Shown here one piece after another: positions 39,324 to 53,114 of a stretch of DNA of 64,000 nucleotides. Source of the DNA: Eledone cirrhosa (Eukaryota); contig OZ024761.1 of the NCBI GenBank assembly GCA_964016885.1, positions 20,274,001-20,338,000 on the forward strand, written 5' to 3'. Each line of letters begins with the position of its first letter. Within the stretch, counting starts at the first letter, position 1. Under the pieces are notes generated by a model. That model saw only the letters and a program-made list of their open reading frames with translations. It made no database searches and was not told the DNA's origin. A program made the position numbers and the translations under genes.

Positions 39324-40165
39324 ATACTTTGGGAGGGTCATGTTGCCAATAAGAAACACACGCACCAGTTGCTTCCACTTCAATTTATTATAAATTAAAT
39401 TTAGAAATTTAGAAATGTAGTATATAGCATAAGATGTACTGAAGGACAATGTAGAGATAAGAATATAGTGTACATAGGTGAGACTGCTCGTAGTATAGGA
39501 GAACGGATAAATGAACACTGGCGAGAGCTTCAAGATCATAAAGAATCATCTGTACTCCACCAACATGCTAAAATAGAACATAAGGGTAAACTAGAGAACA
39601 TAGAAATAAAAATAGAATCTACACACAGAAAAGACGCAATGTTTAGACAAATCACAGAGGCAATAAACATAAATGAATTCCAACCAAAATTAAATAGAAA
39701 TCATGAATGGAACAGCAACATCACAACTTACAATTAAGGACAAAATGAAAACACACACACACACATAGAACAAACAACCAACCAGTAACATGTAAATAAA
39801 CAAATAAATAAACAAATATAAACACACACGGACACCCGGATGTAACACATGCGCAAACTAAGCACACAACACACACAAAAACAAGATGGCGTAGGACAGA
39901 ACAAAGGAGAGGCACAAAAACTAAGAAAAGAATCCCCAGTCACTGAAGAGGTCACAGAATGTGTGACGATATATGAACAATCGTCTGGTTATGGAACAAA
40001 TCAACCATCCGGAAATTTATAAATTCCTAAATTTCTAAATTTAATTTATAATAAATTGAAGTGAAAGCAACTGGTGCGTGTGTTTCTTATTGGTAACATG
40101 ACCCTCCCAAAGTATAACAATATCGGTTTCAACACACGTTTTCAGATAAAGAATCTTCAGATAAA
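39318..40165 (+). mobile_element. Penelope-like element, 5'-truncated: inverted pLTR piece + GIY-YIG endonuclease + pLTR with decayed hammerhead
   Basis: Frame 39414-39737: NVVYSIRCTEGQCRDKNIVYIGETARSIGERINEH...SVLHQH...RQITEAINI...PKLN. 39318-39416 is the reverse complement of 40023-40121. CTGAAGA-ggtcacagaatgtgtgac-GATA at 39943-39971. Confidence 0.9.
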
Positions 40166-40193
40166 GAAACGAAATATATATATATATATTTAT

Positions 40194-40242
<49 letters not shown>

Positions 40243-40619
40243 AACAGAAGAAAGAAAGAAAGAAAGAAAGGTTATTAATTAAAAAGAAAAATTATAAAGA
40301 AAAAAAAAATTTTCTATGAAGAAAAGGGAAAGAAAAGGAAAGAAAATATACAAAAATAAAGAATAAATAAATAAACAATGAATGAAAGAGAAAGAGAAAT
40401 AAAAAAGAAGAAAGTGAAAGAAAGAAGAAGAGGAAAATAAAGAAAGAAAAGAAAGATGGAAGATACTGAGGTAAAATGTAATTTTAACTTTTCAATTGAA
40501 TCTGAGATTCCATAGAAAATTGGCGACAATTACTGAGGTTAATGATCTTAGAAACACTGACTGTAGACTTGTAGGGCTTCCATACCTTCATAGTGGAACT
40601 ACTGTAGAATTTTAGGGCT

Positions 40620-41810
40620 TCCTGCTCTGGGGGTTCAATGCTGGACAGGAGGTTCAGTCCAGGTCGGGAGATAGATTTAGAGTCATTTTCCTTTTACATC
40701 TCTTTGAAAAAAATTGAAAAACTTTTGGGAGAGCCTCAATGTCTATTTTAATTTAATTAATTTAATTTAATTTAATTCAAATTAATTTCATTTTATTTTG
40801 AAAGTAGGTTTATAAGTATGAATTTTCAGTAGATTTTTGTAGCAGTCTCGATGGCCTAGTCGTAGGTACTAAACCATAGTCTGGGCCAGGTGAGAGGATG
40901 AAATACCCAGTTTAAGGGCGTAAACGTCTCGTAGGATTCTCTACAGCCAGTTAAACCATGATCAGTGCCAGGTGAGAGGGTGAAAGAAGCAGTTTAAGGG
41001 CGTAAACCTCATGTAGGATCCTCTATGGCCAGCTAAACAATAGTCAGTGCCAGGTGAGAGCGTGATTGAGGCAATTTAAGGGTGTAAATGTCATGTAGGA
41101 ACTTCTACAGCCAGCTAAACCATAGTTAGTACCAGGTGAGAGGGTAATTGAAGCAGTTTAACGGCATAAACTATGGCCATCCAAACCCTGATCAAAGTAA
41201 TGGATTTCTTACGGCCAGCTAGTATCTCCTAGGGCCAAAGAAGCAGTTGGTCTCAAGACAATGTATTTAATTTAATTAATTAGATTTTAATTTAATTAAT
41301 TAGATGGAGGTTCAATCTTGGTCTGGGGTTCAATCCTGGCCTGGGGGACACATCTAATGTGTCCTATTAATCTTTTTCAATTTTCCTTTTACATCTCTTT
41401 GAAAAACACTGAGAAACTTTGGTGAGACCCAATGTCAATTTATTTTGTTTTATTTTATTTCATTTTAATTCATTTAATTTAATTAATTTGATTATATTTT
41501 GAAAGTAGGTTTATAAGTATGAATTTTCATAAGATTTTTATAGCAGTGTTGGTGGCTTAGTGGGAAGTACCAGAGATGGTGAGATCCTGGACTGGGGTTC
41601 AACCCTGGACTGAGGCTCAATCCTGGTCGGTAGACCCATGTAGGGTGTCATATTAATCTTTTTCAACTTTCCTTTTTACATCTCTTTGAAAGAAAACTCA
41701 AAACGTGTAATAAGACACCCAATGTGTATTTATTTTATTTTTAATTTAATTTAATTTAATTTAATTTATTTTATTTTATTTTATTTTGAAATTAGCTTTA
41801 TAAGGTTAGT
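40620..41810. repeat. Composite repeat: three copies of an AT-rich block plus a 4x82-bp tandem array
   Basis: ttttccttttacatctctttgaaa at ~40686, 41381 and 41668; ccaggtgagag at 40886, 40968, 41050 and 41132. Confidence 0.75.
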
Positions 41811-42078
41811 GACAAACAAGATAGGCCCTAGATTAAATCGACAAACTAGGACCTGAGGAATATTTCTAGCGTGCTGAAAGACCTCCTAGGCGGTCTACGT
41901 TTTGTCCAATTAATGGCGGTCGGGAATCATGTTTAGTCTTACAAATGTCGAGATATTTTGAAGGCGTCGTTAATCGTCTGGAAAAATAAGATTGTGTTTT
42001 GTAATAAAACGTCGGATTAAATTTAAACCTTTTAAGTATTAGATCTGGCTGTGTGTGTGTGTGTGTGTGTGTGTGCGC

Positions 42079-42149
<71 letters not shown>

Positions 42150-42271
42150 TGCGTGCGTACGTGTGTGCGTGTGTGCGTGTGTGTGTGTGTGCAGCCGTTG
42201 TACGAATTATATTGATGTTATGTGTCCAAGTGTATGCGTATATCTATATATGTATGTGTATGTCTGTGTGA

Positions 42272-42302
<31 letters not shown>

Positions 42303-42334
42303 CATTCACACGTTTTTATATGAATGTGAAAATA

Positions 42335-42436
<102 letters not shown>

Positions 42437-42594
42437 TGTATGTGTATATAAAAGCTCAGTCGGTAATGTCAAACTCTACCAGTGACACGAAGCGGCAATA
42501 ATCTTGTGTGTTGTGATGCAAGTAAAAGGATGAATTCCTAATTACCTCATTTTCTCTTCTTCCTGCATGATATATGTTGTTTATATACATATAA

Positions 42595-42794
<200 letters not shown>

Positions 42795-42911
42795 ATATAT
42801 ATTATATATATATATATATATTATATATATATATATATATTATATATATATATATATATTATATATATATATATAATATATATATATTATATATATATAT
42901 ATATATATATG

Positions 42912-42984
<73 letters not shown>

Positions 42985-42989
<5 letters not shown>

Positions 42990-43789
42990 AAATATAAAAT
43001 TAAGTATGTGTGTGTGTCTGTGTATTACCTATAGGGGCCTACATCTTACGACCGATTTTCATGAAACTTTACAGGCTCATAGATTAGTCATCGGGGAGTG
43101 TTTTCTATATATCAGCGTATCGTTTTTTTTTTTTTAATTCCGGGGTTATTCTGCAGTTAAAAATCGATAGCGGGGTCACTTTTTTTAGGTACCGAAAAAT
43201 AAGATTTTTGGCTCTAGCTCCCACATTTTGCCACCGATTTCGTTCAAATTTTAAAGCAAAATAGAATTTATCATTGCACATCCTTTAATGGCTTTATATT
43301 TTGCATTTGTTCTTCAGGGACGGTGTGGCAGCCGCTTAAATATTCAAAAATACTACTTTTAGACACAAATTTCCACTTTTTCGGCTCTCACTCCCACATT
43401 AATCAACCTACTTTGTTCAAATTTTATACTACGCTAGATCTGATTATTTTACGTCTTAAAGTGGCTTTACATTTTGGATTTGTTTGTTCAGGAACGGCGT
43501 GGCAGCCGCTTAAATATTCGAAAATACCACCTTTTCGCTCAAATTTCCGCCTTTTCGGCTCTAGCTCCTACATTTTCAACCGATTTCGTTCAAATTCGAA
43601 ACTCCCTCCCCCAGCATGCCCCTTCGTCAGTCACCCGCATTTCTCAGTGATAGAGGTCATCACTACCCTCCCCCACATGGCCTGTGTGTGGCCATAGATG
43701 TCATCGAGAAGCAGTCGCTAAGATCAACACCTTTTCATCAAAGCAGATATTATTTTACCTACCCAGGCAACGCTGGGTACTGCTGCTAG
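42985..43789 (+). mobile_element. Non-autonomous Helitron
   Basis: 3' hairpin cccaggcaacgctggg (43762-43777) followed by ..CTAG|T at 43786-43790. 5' tataaaattaagtatgtgtgtgtgtctgt leader, ccgattttcatgaaacttt motif and internal ~175-bp repeats. The 5' boundary is approximate. Confidence 0.8.
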
Positions 43790-43808
43790 TATATATATAT
43801 AAATATAT

Positions 43809-43847
<39 letters not shown>

Positions 43848-43851
43848 GTAA

Positions 43852-44041
43852 TAATTGTTTCTACTTTTGGCACAAGGCCAGCAATTACCCAGTACATTAC
43901 TGGTACTTTATTTTATCGACCCCGTAAGGATGAAAGGCAAAGTTAACCTTGGCAGGATTTGAACTCAGACCATAAAGGGCCGTAACTCTTTGCTGCAAAG
44001 CATGGCGTCCGACTTTCTACTAATACTGCCAATCCACTGCT
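43852..44041 (-). mobile_element. tRNA-derived SINE, family A
   Basis: Near-identical to 8334-8521. Confidence 0.9.
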
Positions 44042-45039
44042 GTTATATATATATAGTAATAATAATGAATTTGAAGACTAAAATCAAAAGAGGGCTCGAT
44101 AAGTATAAATATATACCAGATATATAAGAACCCGAGAGCAAAAGCTGCAGAATTATATTTAAAACAAAACACCCACAAGAAAATTCATTTAATTTCTTCT
44201 TCGACCACTTTTTCCTGAGAGCACATAGTGACAGGGAGAGAGGGGGGGGGGATGAGCGAATGAGTGAGAGTGTGAGTAAGAGAAAGAGATAGAGAATGAG
44301 TGAGAGTGAGAATGAGAGAAAAAGATATAGAATCGTTCCCTCCAGTATTTGACTGGTACTTCTTTTATCGACCTCGAAAGAATGAAAGGCAGTTGACGTC
44401 GGCAGTTATAACTGTGATGTCACTGTTATTACTTGTTGTTGTTGTTGTTGTTATCATTCTTTTGATGGTGTTGTTGCTGTTGTTGTTGTTGTAAATGTGT
44501 TGCAAAGTGTTCATGTTACAGTTGTTGTTGTCGTTGTTGTTGTAAATGATTTGATGTTGTTATTGTTGTTGTCGTTACTGTAATAAATATATTGATGTTC
44601 TCGTTACAGTTGTTGTAATAATTGTATTGGTATTATTATTGTCAGTGCTGTTATGCAGTGTGTTTTTCTGCGAGATTAAGTATGCGTTTATGTGTTTTTT
44701 ACGTCTGTTTTGTGAGTTTTTTCTATGTATTCTTGCATCTTTCTATGTATTCTTGCATCTTTCTATGAGAGTTTTTTCCCCTTCTTTTCCGTTTCGTTAA
44801 TTAAAAGAATGCTAATAACATAAACATCCAGAAAATAAGACAACTGGAATAATTTTACTGTTTACTGCGGACATAGTAGCAAACATTAACTACAGCGTTA
44901 ATAATGAGAGGAGGGGGGGGGGGAGAAGAAGAAGAAGAAGAAGAAGAAGAAGAAGAAGAAGAAGAAGAAGAAGAAGAAGAAGGTAGACCATCAATTACGA
45001 CAACAACAACAGACCACAAAATTAAGGATGGAATACCAA

Positions 45040-45045
45040 TCAGCA

Positions 45046-45088
<43 letters not shown>

Positions 45089-45303
45089 TTACTTCTACTA
45101 CTACTATTCCTAATACCACCACCACCACTACCACCACCACCACCACTACTACTACTACTACTATTCCTACTACCACCACTACCACTACCACCACTACTAC
45201 TACTACTACCACCACTACTACTACTACCACCACCACCACCACTACTACTACTACTATTCCTACTACCACCACCACCACTACCACCACTACTATTACTACC
45301 ACC

Positions 45304-45338
<35 letters not shown>

Positions 45339-45615
45339 AACTACCACTACTACTACTACTGTAGAAATCAATAACAATTAGAAGAATGAAAACATTTGTA
45401 ATAACAACAACAACATAGAGAAATGCAATAGCTAATACAACAACAACAACAACAATGGAAACCATTTAACAGTAATAACTTAATCCACAGAAATAACAAC
45501 AGTAACAACAACAGTAACAACAACAGTAACAACAACAACAACAGTAACAACAACAGTAACAACAACAACAGTAACAACAACAGTAACAACAGTAACAACA
45601 GTAACAACAATAACA
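45040..45615. repeat. (CTA/CCA)n and (CAA/GTAACAACA)n microsatellites
   Basis: Direct reading. Confidence 0.9.
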
Positions 45616-46172
45616 ATTAAAATATCCCTTTATCCTTATATATTTCTTATTTTCTCAGTTGTTTTTTGTGGGGTTGGGGACCGGGGCTGTGGTGTGGTGT
45701 GGTGATGTGATGGTGGGGCTAGGGCTAGGATTGTGGTGTGGTGGTAGGGCTAGGGGTTGCTTTAGACGGGGTGAGGTGAAGGAAGTAATCTCCAATAACC
45801 ATTGTAGAGCAATTTAAAATGGCGTCGTTGTAGAAGACTAAACGGAGACGAATTGACAAAAAAGACGTCTGTTTGTGTTATATTAAAATATCTTCTGTTT
45901 TATTTGGTTTAGTGTTGTAATGGCAGTGGTGTGTAATGGCGCTCGTATGTAATGGCTGTCGCGTCCAGTAATGGCGGATGTGTCCAATAATATTGGTTAT
46001 GATATATCGTATGTTAAGCTATGATGATTGTGATGTATCATGGGAAACGATATGTTATATATATATATATATATGATATATAAAGAGCTCGTCTCTCTTC
46101 GTGAAACCTTTGGTAATAATTGTCTTATGTTGTTTATTACATAACAATAAATATATATATATATATTTTTAT

Positions 46173-46319
46173 ATATTTATTAAAATAACATATTAAAGTT
46201 TAAGCAAAGAATCGCTGCTTTCACCCTTAACGGGATCTTCTGAAATCTTCAGAAGATCCCGTTAAGGGTGAAAGCAGCGATTCTTTGCTTAAACTTTAAT
46301 CTGTTATTTTAATAAATAT
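46173..46319. repeat. Near-perfect palindrome, 72-bp arms with a 3-nt loop, inside a PLE-like island
   Basis: 46173-46244 versus 46248-46319, one mismatch. Adjacent 46320-46405 is the near reverse complement of 44055-44140. Confidence 0.9.
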
Positions 46320-46425
46320 TTGCTCTACGGTTCTTATATATTTGATATATATTTATCCTTATCGAGCCCTCTTTGGATTTTAGTCTTCAAATTTATTATT
46401 ATTACTATATATATATTTTATCCCA

Positions 46426-46475
46426 GGTTCCTGATGATTTCTCCCGAATGAAACAGTTCTAGTACTGTAGAAGCC
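46426..46475 (+). ncRNA. Type I hammerhead ribozyme motif
   Basis: ggttc CTGATGA t ttc tccc gaa t GAAAcag ttctagta ctGTA gaagcc: intact core, stem III ACAG/CTGT, GUA site (cleavage after 46469), stem I ttc/gaa. Confidence 0.8.
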
Positions 46476-46506
46476 ATTTCTATATTAAATATATATATTT
46501 ACACAC

Positions 46507-46650
<144 letters not shown>

Positions 46651-46657
46651 ACACACA

Positions 46658-46730
<73 letters not shown>

Positions 46731-47038
46731 AACACTTCTATGTTGTTAGACAATAAAATATCTCTCTCTTGAACACCTCTGGCTAAAGCTGGTCTATTTA
46801 AAGTAAGGCTTCAGCATCGGCTGGAGTTTGAGCCTCTCAAAATGTCAGCTGTTGCCGTTAGTGCCAATATAGATGTTATAGAGACGCTGAAACAAAGAAC
46901 GCTGGCCTCAACTCGTCTCCGCCGTTCTTTCACCTTTCAATTCTACTTTACCTTTGCTGTAACCTGTTAACGGAAGGTCGTCTGGCGTTTACAGTTTCCG
47001 CCCTTTGTCTTCATATACACAGACACACACATATATAT

Positions 47039-47111
<73 letters not shown>

Positions 47112-47135
47112 TGTATGTATGTGTGTGTGTATATA

Positions 47136-47200
<65 letters not shown>

Positions 47201-47206
<6 letters not shown>

Positions 47207-47350
47207 AAATCCCGCCTAAATCAGCTTTGCCTTTCACCTTTACAGGCTCGATAAAATAAAGAACCAGTAATACACTGGGGTCAATTTAATCGCCTTTCTT
47301 CCCTCCCCTTCAAATTGCTGGCCTTGTGCCTACACCAGAAACCTTATTAT
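47201..47350 (+). mobile_element. tRNA-derived SINE, family A, 5'-truncated
   Basis: gagttcaaatcccgcc...gctggccttgtgcctacaccagaa. Confidence 0.8.
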
Positions 47351-47890
47351 TATTAGATATATGACCACTACATGTTATGTTTTATCCCCTCCATGTGTAA
47401 AACAGTCACATTTCAAAATATCTTTAATGAACCAAGTGAGATGGTATTAACGTGTATCTTCTCTTCTCGTTTATCATTCTACGTATGAAGACGTAGTATC
47501 GTGTGCTATCTCGTATAATCTCGTTTATCACAGTATCTGTCTTATATTTATGTATAATAAAACATTACGGTATCTTCTCGTTTATCAATAGTTTACAGTT
47601 GTAATATGTAATATCGATTCACTTACAATCCCATGTCTTATCCTATATTTACTTAGAGCAACTTGTTACAGATTACGACCATTGGCTTTTCGCATTGAAT
47701 TACTCTTGTCTGTGATATCACCATCATCGTCGTCGTAATCATCATCATCGTCATCTTTGTCATCTATTTTCATTTGTCAGACATGTGGGATATCATTTAA
47801 TCTCATCTATCATTGTAATGTGTAATAACACCTAATCTAATCACCTTTGCCAATGTGTTAGACTTACAGCCAACTTAAATCTCTCTCTCC

Positions 47891-47999
<109 letters not shown>

Positions 48000-48018
48000 C
48001 ATATATACATATATATAT

Positions 48019-48051
<33 letters not shown>

Positions 48052-48174
48052 TATATACATATATATATATATACATATATACATATATATACATATATAC
48101 ATATATATATATACATATATATATATATACATATACATATATACATATATATATATATACATATATATATATAC

Positions 48175-48223
<49 letters not shown>

Positions 48224-48246
48224 TACATATATATATAGGTCAGGAG

Positions 48247-48339
48247 CCCGACGGCTGAGCTCCGGCCGTTTCGACAGCTAGATCCCAACTAAGCCACCAG
48301 TATTAGACCGGCGGGAATCTAGCTGAACTTATCAAGGGG
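48247..48339 (-). ncRNA. Type I hammerhead motif with U3-A8 variant core
   Basis: Minus strand: ccc TTGATAA g ttcagctagattccc...gggatctagctgt c GAAAcggc cggagctca gccGTC ggg. Long stem II, stem III ACGGC/GCCGT with a gagctc palindromic loop, GUC site. Confidence 0.7.
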
Positions 48340-48361
48340 TATATATAAATATATATCATAA

Positions 48362-48513
48362 TAATTATTCCTACTTTAGGCAGAAGACCAGCAATTTGAA
48401 GGGGAGGGGGAAGTCGATTAAATCTATCCCAGTACATTACTGGTACTTTATTTTATTTCTCGTCTCCTTAAGGATGAAAGGCAAAGCTAACCTCGGCGGG
48501 ATTTGAACTCAGA
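48362..48513 (-). mobile_element. tRNA-derived SINE, family A, partial
   Basis: ggatgaaaggcaaagctaacctcggcgggatttgaactcag. Confidence 0.8.
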
Positions 48514-48607
48514 ATATATATATAGGAATAATATATACAAAGACCAAAATCCAAAGAAACCAGAAATTCTTTGCTTAAACTTTTAATCTGCGCTAATAAT
48601 ATGTATA

Positions 48608-48711
<104 letters not shown>

Positions 48712-48884
48712 CACATACATTTTATAAAATACACGGCAGACTGACGTATAACTCCTAAGGTCATCGGAGTTTTCTAGGGTGTTCTGGGTTGTTCTGAGGT
48801 TTGTTCGAAGGTGTTCTGGAGTGTTCTGCTGGTATTAAGATCCTTTCGCAGGTCTTTAAGGTTTGGCTACCGCTGTAGAACCCC

Positions 48885-49190
48885 GATCAGTTGAATGATG
48901 AACGGAACAGCCTACTTGTGATATTGACAACTAAGTGGCTGAGTATTCCACAGACACGTGTAGCTTTAACGTAATTCTCAGTGAGATTCAGTGTAACACA
49001 GTGTGTGATAAGGCTGGCATTTTTAAATAGAGGAACAACTCCTTTGGGGTTTATTTTGTTTTTCCACTGGGCTGACTGGAACAACGAGAAATCAATGTCC
49101 TGTCCAGGGACTCACAGCACAGCTGGGTATCGAACTCACGACCTTACAACCACGAGTCGAACACATTAACCACTAAATCATGTGCCTTCA
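48885..49190 (-). mobile_element. tRNA-derived SINE, family B
   Basis: Reverse strand begins tgaaggcacatgatttagtggttaatgtg...gagttcgataccc (A/B boxes), with the same head as 6885. Confidence 0.8.
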
Positions 49191-49726
49191 CAATCAATTC
49201 ATACGATAGGTGATATTAGAAATTATATAATCAATATATACGAACTGTGTGTGTGTGTGTGTGTGTATATACGTGTATATATACATATACATGGTGGCTG
49301 CCAACTCGTTTTCGAGTACGGCCACTACCTTATATCCATATAGGAGAACTCCTACCGATGCGCTGAACGAGTGTGACTTTTTAGTCCAGCCAGCGACTTG
49401 AAAGCTCTGGTACAAACACTACACTTGTGACAATTATTGACACATAGTGCTGGGCCCATGGCACCATGTGATGATAAGTGCAGAGAGATCTCCAGATATA
49501 AAGCAATGCCTGTGCCGTGAAGCTTTTATAGTGTGCAAAGGCACTGCACAAAGCCAGTTCCACTCTCTTAACCAAGATGATATTTACCAAAAAGAAGAAC
49601 AAGTCAACATCATTGGATACTATCAGGGTTGCAGGTGTTATATCAGAGTTTTCCTTCTCCTAGAATTCTGCTATATATATATAGTGACGAAACAAGTCAA
49701 TTGCATGAACTCATAATCCTTTATTT

Positions 49727-49782
49727 ACTGCTATATATATTTCGATGATAGCCATTGAATGGCAATGACCTCATCAGGCAGT
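49727..49782 (-). ncRNA. Type I hammerhead ribozyme motif
   Basis: Minus strand: actgc CTGATGA ggtcattgccattcaatggctatcatc GAAA tatatATA gcagt. Perfect 5-bp stem I (actgc/gcagt), G10.1-C11.1 pair, gccat/atggc in stem II. Confidence 0.8.
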
Positions 49783-49859
49783 TAGTCAGTTATTAGCTAT
49801 GCCAGCTCTGTGTTTATAGTGTTGATGGTATCAGAGCCTTGGGACATATATATACATAC

Positions 49860-49964
<105 letters not shown>

Positions 49965-50638
49965 TATGTATATATATATATACATATATATATACATGTG
50001 TGTGTGTGTGTAAATATTTATACATACATATAGTAGAATGAACAACTAAACAAATAAATAAATATTTCTGGCAATTAAAGTGATTGATGGAGCGTGTATC
50101 GATTGTTCGATCTAAATCAGCTCAGCAAAGATGACAGAACCGTTCTATTGATCCGAAATAAACTCAAGGTCTGTGTACAGACGATCTATGTTAATGGGGA
50201 GAGATCGAATGGAGATCAATACTTTGGAAAATGTCAATATATATATATGTGTGTATGTATATATATATACATATATATATATATATACATATACACACAA
50301 ACACACACATATATATATATACAAACACACACACACATATATATATACATACACACACACATATATATATATATACAAACACACACACACACACATATAT
50401 ATATACAAACACACACACACACACATATATATATACAAACACACACACACATATATATATACATACACACACACATATATATATATATATACAAACACAC
50501 ACACACACACATATATATATACAAACACACACACACATATATATATACAAACACACACACACACACACATATATATATACAAACACACACACACATATAT
50601 ATATACAAACACACACGCACACACATATATATATACAA

Positions 50639-50671
<33 letters not shown>

Positions 50672-50724
50672 GTGAAATAAAATAGCGAGAACGATTGGTT
50701 ACTCCTTCATTACGTTTATTGGTT

Positions 50725-50809
50725 GGTGACGCACGTTTCGCCACTGATCAGCTCAAGGTTCGATCTATATCGATCTAAGGCGACTCTGCAATCCGCCGCT
50801 CGTCAGACC
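50725..50809 (-). ncRNA. Type I hammerhead ribozyme motif with long stem II
   Basis: Minus strand: ggt CTGACGA gcggcggat...gatcgatatagatcga...atcagtggc GAAAc gtgc GTC acc. GUC site, stem I ggt/acc, imperfect stem II. Confidence 0.7.
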
Positions 50810-50824
50810 CCTTGCAATGGTAAT

Positions 50825-50880
<56 letters not shown>

Positions 50881-51075
50881 GGTAGGTATAGTTATATATA
50901 TGGCAAGAACTCAACCGTCGGGCAGTAATTCTTACTATACATACATACGGGTAATGTACTATGACATATATAATTATAGGTGGATTTCCGAGAGGTATCG
51001 GGTGGTAACCACAGTTAAATAAGGTACTCAATATGTTGGTAGAGTGTAGGCATCTTTATTTTATATGTAGAAATG

Positions 51076-51124
51076 ACTTCTACAGGGCTAGAACTGTTTC
51101 AGTCGTATGAAATCATCAGGAAAT
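51076..51124 (-). ncRNA. Type I hammerhead ribozyme motif, same family as 46426-46475
   Basis: Minus strand: atttc CTGATGA tttcatacgact GAAAcag ttctagcc ctGTA gaagt. Stems I and III are kept; stem II is weakened. Confidence 0.75.
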
Positions 51125-51410
51125 ATGTCTGAATATGTGGTAAGTCTGGTAACTAAAGTGATTGGTGTGTGTGTCTGCCAGTGTGTGTGTGTGTGTGTGT
51201 ACCTTTGTGTGTGTGTGTCTGCCAGTGTGTGTGTGTGTGTGTACCTTTGTGTGTGTGTGTCTGCCAGTGTGTGTGTGTGTGTGTACCTTTGTGTGTGTGT
51301 GTGCTTCTCTTTGTTGCTGCCTGTGAGAGTGTGTGTGTGTGTGTGTGTTCCTGCCTCTGTGTCTATGTGTACGCATATGTCTCTATTCATGACTGACATC
51401 ATCCATTTGC

Positions 51411-51508
<98 letters not shown>

Positions 51509-51531
51509 AATATACACATATATATATAGAC

Positions 51532-51595
<64 letters not shown>

Positions 51596-51613
51596 TACAG
51601 ACTATATATATAG

Positions 51614-51656
<43 letters not shown>

Positions 51657-51715
51657 TATATATATAGTCTGTATCTGTATATATATATATATATATACAC
51701 AGACTATATATATAG

Positions 51716-51755
<40 letters not shown>

Positions 51756-51767
51756 CTATATATATAG

Positions 51768-51870
<103 letters not shown>

Positions 51871-51928
51871 CTATATATATAGTCTGTATATATATATATA
51901 TATATATATATACAGACTATATATATAG

Positions 51929-51975
<47 letters not shown>

Positions 51976-52061
51976 GGGAGGTGTTTATTGATTGGTGGAC
52001 ACCATGAATATTTAAATAGGAACAAGGTCAACACTGTGGTGGGAAATTAATTAAATTCTCC

Positions 52062-52345
52062 TTGGTGATGATGATGATGGTGATGGTGATGGTGGTGATG
52101 GTGGTGATGGTGATGGTGATGGTGGTGGTGGTGGTGGTGATGGTGGTGATGGTGATGGTGGTGATGGTGATGGTGATGTTGGTGATGGTGGTGATGGTGG
52201 TGATGGTGATGGTGGTGATGGTGGTGATGGTGATGGTGGTGATGGTGATGGTGGTGATGGTGGTGGTGGTGGTGATGGTGGTGATGGTGATGGTGGTGAT
52301 GGTGATGGTGATGTTGGTGATGGTGGTGATGGTGATGGTGATATA
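52062..52345. repeat. (GGT/GAT)n microsatellite
   Basis: Direct reading. Confidence 0.95.
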
Positions 52346-52422
52346 CGAAGATGCTATTGTTGTTGATGGTGATAATGATGATAGTATTGCTGATGATACA
52401 GATGCTGGTGTTACTGATGAAG

Positions 52423-52489
<67 letters not shown>

Positions 52490-52490
<1 letters not shown>

Positions 52491-53074
52491 TGTTTCTTTT
52501 ATTTACCACCAGGGCATCAAAAGTGGGACAAGTACAATGGGGGGAGTTTACAAAACAAGGTGTCCCCAATAAGGAGGAGGCAATAACAATATATAAAAAT
52601 AAAATAAAATATAACAAAAAATAAAATTTATAACAAAGTCCTCAATAGAGAGGAGGCGCCTTGGGGGATCGCACACACCCCCGAAAAAAAGTGTGCAACC
52701 CTTTTCCTCTGGAGCACAGAGAAGGGGTGCTCCCTTGGTCTTTCATCTTCCTCACCTATAGTCTGATGTAGAGTGAAGGCCCATTCACACGGGCCATTCT
52801 CGCCACTTTCACCCATCTTTCATAGAAACGGCTGGGGTGCAGCACCTCTCTCTCCATCCTGATCCTTCTTCCGAAATGATATCGGAAGAAACGGACCAGT
52901 TGTTGGCCAGAGAGAAAGGTGTCTGACCTCAGTCCTTTCAGACGCGTCCACCATACAACCTCTTTCGCCATGGCTATTACGCACAGAAACACCGCCTCTT
53001 CTTCGTTTTTGAAGAGGGGAGGCGGCTTTATCGTTACAATAGACTCGGTGGTCAACCGGATCGGTCCCACCCTT
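52490..53074 (-). mobile_element. 5'-truncated L1/Tx1-like LINE 3' end inserted in (GATA)n
   Basis: Open ORF2-like C-terminus RVGPIRLTTESIV...FLCVIAMAKEVVWWTR...FYERW..., then a 3' UTR ending in aataaaagaaac. (GATA)n lies on both sides. The clade call is from motif recollection. Confidence 0.65.
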
Positions 53075-53080
53075 AGATAT

Positions 53081-53114
<34 letters not shown>

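Noticed and set aside
41845-41890. CTGAGGA...GAAAgacCTC hammerhead-like spacing
   Set aside because: Stems I and II do not pair in register.
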